64,000 nucleotides of DNA from Spirochaetaceae bacterium (lineage in GTDB: Bacteria; Spirochaetota; Spirochaetia; DSM-2461): the NCBI GenBank assembly GCA_051531975.1, contig JAOPTT010000003.1, forward strand, positions 1 to 64,000, in the 5' to 3' direction. The notes below the pieces were generated by a model that saw only the letters and a list, made by a program, of their open reading frames with translations, was not told where the DNA came from and did no database searches. The stretch's first letter is position 1, and every line of letters starts with the position of its first letter. This document shows positions 61,436-64,000 of the stretch, one piece after another. The position numbers and the translations under genes are program-made.

Positions 61436-62338
61436 TTATTTTCTGGTGATCTTATAACCTTTATCCCTTAAAATTGAGATAAGACTATCAGCTCCAACAA
61501 GGTGCCCAGCTCCTACAACCATAAAGTAGTTTTCACCAGAATCGATAAAACCATCTACTTGTTCTGCCCAGTTTAAATTTCTGTCCACAAGCAGGGTATT
61601 ATACATTTCTAGACTTTCTGGATCTTGAAACTCGTCTAAAAACAGATCGCTGAAAGTCTTTAAATCTCCTAATTTCCATGCAGTAAATAGTTCATTAATA
61701 CTATCTAATATCATATCAATCTCATCAACAACCTTTTTAAGTTCATATACCTGTTTCTCAATTGATGCAGAACTTATCATATCAATTTGTCCTTCTGCAC
61801 TTTCTAAGAAGTACTGTTTTAAACCTTCACTTTTGGCAATGGACATAAAGTGCTGATCAACGCCATTTTCAGGATCCATACCATCTGCCTGTAAAGTTAA
61901 TACAGTTAACATAGTAGATAAAAACCAAGGCTTTAGAACCTCTACACCACTATATGGAATACCAAATTTTGACAATGCATCATGTATTAACTTATCTCTA
62001 AAATCATCATCAATATAATTAGAGAGAGAATCGCCACCTGAAAACATAGCACGTTCCATAGTGTAGGCAAGAATAGAATCTTGATTCCCCTCACCAATAT
62101 CCGCCTCCATAACAAAGTTATCTGAGTTTTCGATAGCGGTATAATACTCTTTATTTAGGGGGTATAGATCTGGGGATGCGACATGAACAGAACCGGCAAT
62201 ATATATTGTGGAAGCTTCAGTTTTAAGCTCCCACAAGAACATTGTTCCATTATCGATAGATTCTTTATTCTCTGCAGTTTTACAGGAGAATACTAATAAT
62301 AATAACAAACTAACTAATACAATTTTTCCTTTTATCAT
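61436..62338 (-). CDS. TraB/GumN family lipoprotein
   Basis: Lipobox-like LLVFSC; FLWE...GSVH, GVDQHF, LES..Q, DRN..W and VVGAGHL. Confidence 0.88.
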   Translation of the reverse strand: MIKGKIVLVSLLLLLVFSCKTAENKESIDNGTMFLWELKTEASTIYIAGSVHVASPDLYPLNKEYYTAIENSDNFVMEADIGEGNQDSILAYTMERAMFSGGDSLSNYIDDDFRDKLIHDALSKFGIPYSGVEVLKPWFLSTMLTVLTLQADGMDPENGVDQHFMSIAKSEGLKQYFLESAEGQIDMISSASIEKQVYELKKVVDEIDMILDSINELFTAWKLGDLKTFSDLFLDEFQDPESLEMYNTLLVDRNLNWAEQVDGFIDSGENYFMVVGAGHLVGADSLISILRDKGYKITRK

Positions 62339-62374
62339 AAAAAGAGAGTAGCATTAATTTATTTAACATTACAC

Positions 62375-63331
62375 TTACTTTTTAATTGTCATCTCTTCTT
62401 TTGCAAGTAGAGCAGCACCAATAACTCCAGCTTTATTACCAGCTGTAGCATAATTAAGTTTTGCAGATGGGAAACCTTCAACAAACAGATTATCAGTTAC
62501 TTTTTTTGTAAGAATATTCATTAGAAAGTCACCACTAGCAGCAACTCCTCCACCAAAAGTAATAACTTCAGGGTCTAATACATTTATTACGTTTACAACA
62601 CCTTCAGCTAAGTAAGTAGTATATCTATCTACTGCTCTAACTGGCATATCTTCACCTTTTGCAGCACGTTCAAAAATCTCTCTAGCAGTTACTTCATAAT
62701 CAACCGTAGTTTTTTCATCAATGATCATTTTTTCAAAATGTTTAACAATTGCTGTAGCAGATGCAAAAGTTTCAAAACACCCATTTTTACCACAAGAACA
62801 GTTATAAAAGTTATCACCTATAACCATATGCCCAACTTCTAAACCTAGACCATTTCCACCTCGGTATGGTTTCCCGTTAATAATAACTCCACAACCAACT
62901 CCAGTTCCTAAAGTTAATAAAACACCTGAATCTACATCTTTTAGAGCACCGATATAGTGTTCAGCCAGTGCAGCTAAGTTAGCATCGTTATCTAAATAAA
63001 CAGAAAATGATGTTTTCTTTTCTAAGAGCTCTCTTAAAGGTATATCAAACCAACCTAGATTTGTACATTTAAATACATGATCAAGGCCCTTATTTACAAC
63101 ACCAGGGACACCAATTCCAACACCTAAAACTTCAGTACTATAATCAGCTTTTGCTTTCTTCTCTAAACCATTAATAATATCAGCAAGATTATCTACTATC
63201 TCATCTAAAGTAGTTCCTGTTGGTCTGGATTGATCAAAAATTAGGTTGTTATCCATATCAAGTAAACCAGACTTAATATTTGTTCCACCTACATCTATAC
63301 CTATTATCAATTTATTGTCTCCTATATACAT
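62375..63331 (-). CDS. ROK family sugar kinase (glucokinase/NagK-like)
   Basis: GIDVGGT, NDANLAALAE, TLGTGVG, EVGHM and CSCGKNGCFE. Confidence 0.92.
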   Translation of the reverse strand: MYIGDNKLIIGIDVGGTNIKSGLLDMDNNLIFDQSRPTGTTLDEIVDNLADIINGLEKKAKADYSTEVLGVGIGVPGVVNKGLDHVFKCTNLGWFDIPLRELLEKKTSFSVYLDNDANLAALAEHYIGALKDVDSGVLLTLGTGVGCGVIINGKPYRGGNGLGLEVGHMVIGDNFYNCSCGKNGCFETFASATAIVKHFEKMIIDEKTTVDYEVTAREIFERAAKGEDMPVRAVDRYTTYLAEGVVNVINVLDPEVITFGGGVAASGDFLMNILTKKVTDNLFVEGFPSAKLNYATAGNKAGVIGAALLAKEEMTIKK

Positions 63332-63375
63332 TGTATTTATTTAAAAATATATCTATTATTATAAAGTAAAAGATA

Positions 63376-63396
63376 TTAGTTTTCAATGTCAACTAA
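63376..63396. promoter_or_regulatory. ROK-type operator candidate between the divergent ROK genes
   Basis: TTAGTT-N9-AACTAA, the geometry of NagC/Mlc-type sites, overlapping a minus-strand TTGACA. Confidence 0.55.
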
Positions 63397-63411
63397 AACA
63401 AGGATGAAACA

Positions 63412-64000
63412 TTGCACCCATCAATTAAAAATTCAATAAATAAAACTCGAGTACTACAAGAAATCAGAAAAGACGAAGGTATTAGCAGAATACAAATAGC
63501 CAAAATACTGAACTTAGATAAATCAACAATTTCTAAAATTACATCGGATCTTTTAGAGCAAGGACTTATTTTTGATAAAAAAACAGATGAAGAGTTAAAT
63601 CATGCTGGACGTAGACGTATAAAGTTATCTATAAATGATCAGTTTGGTGTAATAGTTGGTCTAGAAGTACAAACTGAATTTTATAATGTTGTCATAATAA
63701 CACTTAATGGAGAGATATTACAAAACTACAAAGAGGTTCTTCCTGTTGGCTTTTTTTTAGAATCGTTAGATGTAATTTTAGAAAGTGTTATTAAAAAAAC
63801 TGAATCTGAATTTAACAAAATACTTGGTATTGGTATTGGTATACCAGGTCATATAAATACTGAAGAAGGTATAATTTGTAGATCTAATCCTCTAAATATA
63901 GAAAAACCTATATCAATATACGAACATTTTGGTTCCAAATATAGTTATCCAATATTTATTGGTAATGATGCAAATTGTTGTTGTTGGGGAGAGTTAACAT
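63412..64000 (+). CDS. ROK family transcriptional regulator (NagC/XylR-like), runs off the window end
   Basis: Not in the ORF track. TTG 63412 after AAGGA; HTH ISRIQIAKILNLDKSTISKITSDLLEQG, then GRRR, GIGIGIPG and NDANCCCWGE. Confidence 0.9.
   Translation, partial: MHPSIKNSINKTRVLQEIRKDEGISRIQIAKILNLDKSTISKITSDLLEQGLIFDKKTDEELNHAGRRRIKLSINDQFGVIVGLEVQTEFYNVVIITLNGEILQNYKEVLPVGFFLESLDVILESVIKKTESEFNKILGIGIGIPGHINTEEGIICRSNPLNIEKPISIYEHFGSKYSYPIFIGNDANCCCWGELT

Overview
AT-rich bacterial chromosome segment, most likely from a free-living spirochaete. This is inferred from RpoB carrying Asn at the E. coli S531 position, the long PRPP synthetase and the FlgD-Ig-tailed giant protein. Bases 1-16.5 kb are the core transcription/translation cluster on the minus strand: tRNA-Thr, rpmG, tRNA-Trp, secE, nusG, rplKAJL, rpoBC, rpsLG, tuf, rpsJ, rplCDW and partial rplB. 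fusA is absent from its usual slot, which holds a 432-bp densely base-paired spacer. Bases 16.5-40.8 kb are mixed housekeeping and accessory genes: prs, two tandem Na/Pi cotransporter paralogues, argH, an operon led by a large split-HPr protein, an RNase II-family gene, a NarL-type two-component pair, umuDC, an ABC-2 exporter, an adenylate cyclase, pepD and nagA. Bases 40.8-57.5 kb encode one ~5,550-aa secreted repeat protein with a T9SS-CTD/FlgD-Ig-like tail, abutting a GT2 glycosyltransferase. Four tandem 42-bp hairpin units follow and appear to form the aroA 5' leader, then ltaE, a DHH-CBS gene, a TraB/GumN lipoprotein and two ROK genes. No CRISPR array, rRNA, transposase or integrase was seen. 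The best candidates for undescribed biology are the 42-bp hairpin array, the giant protein with its sorting-like tail, the rod-like RNA in the fusA slot, the crossed-stem element between the Na/Pi genes and a SOS-box-like palindrome on a leaderless umuDC promoter. All calls are by eye; no searches were run.
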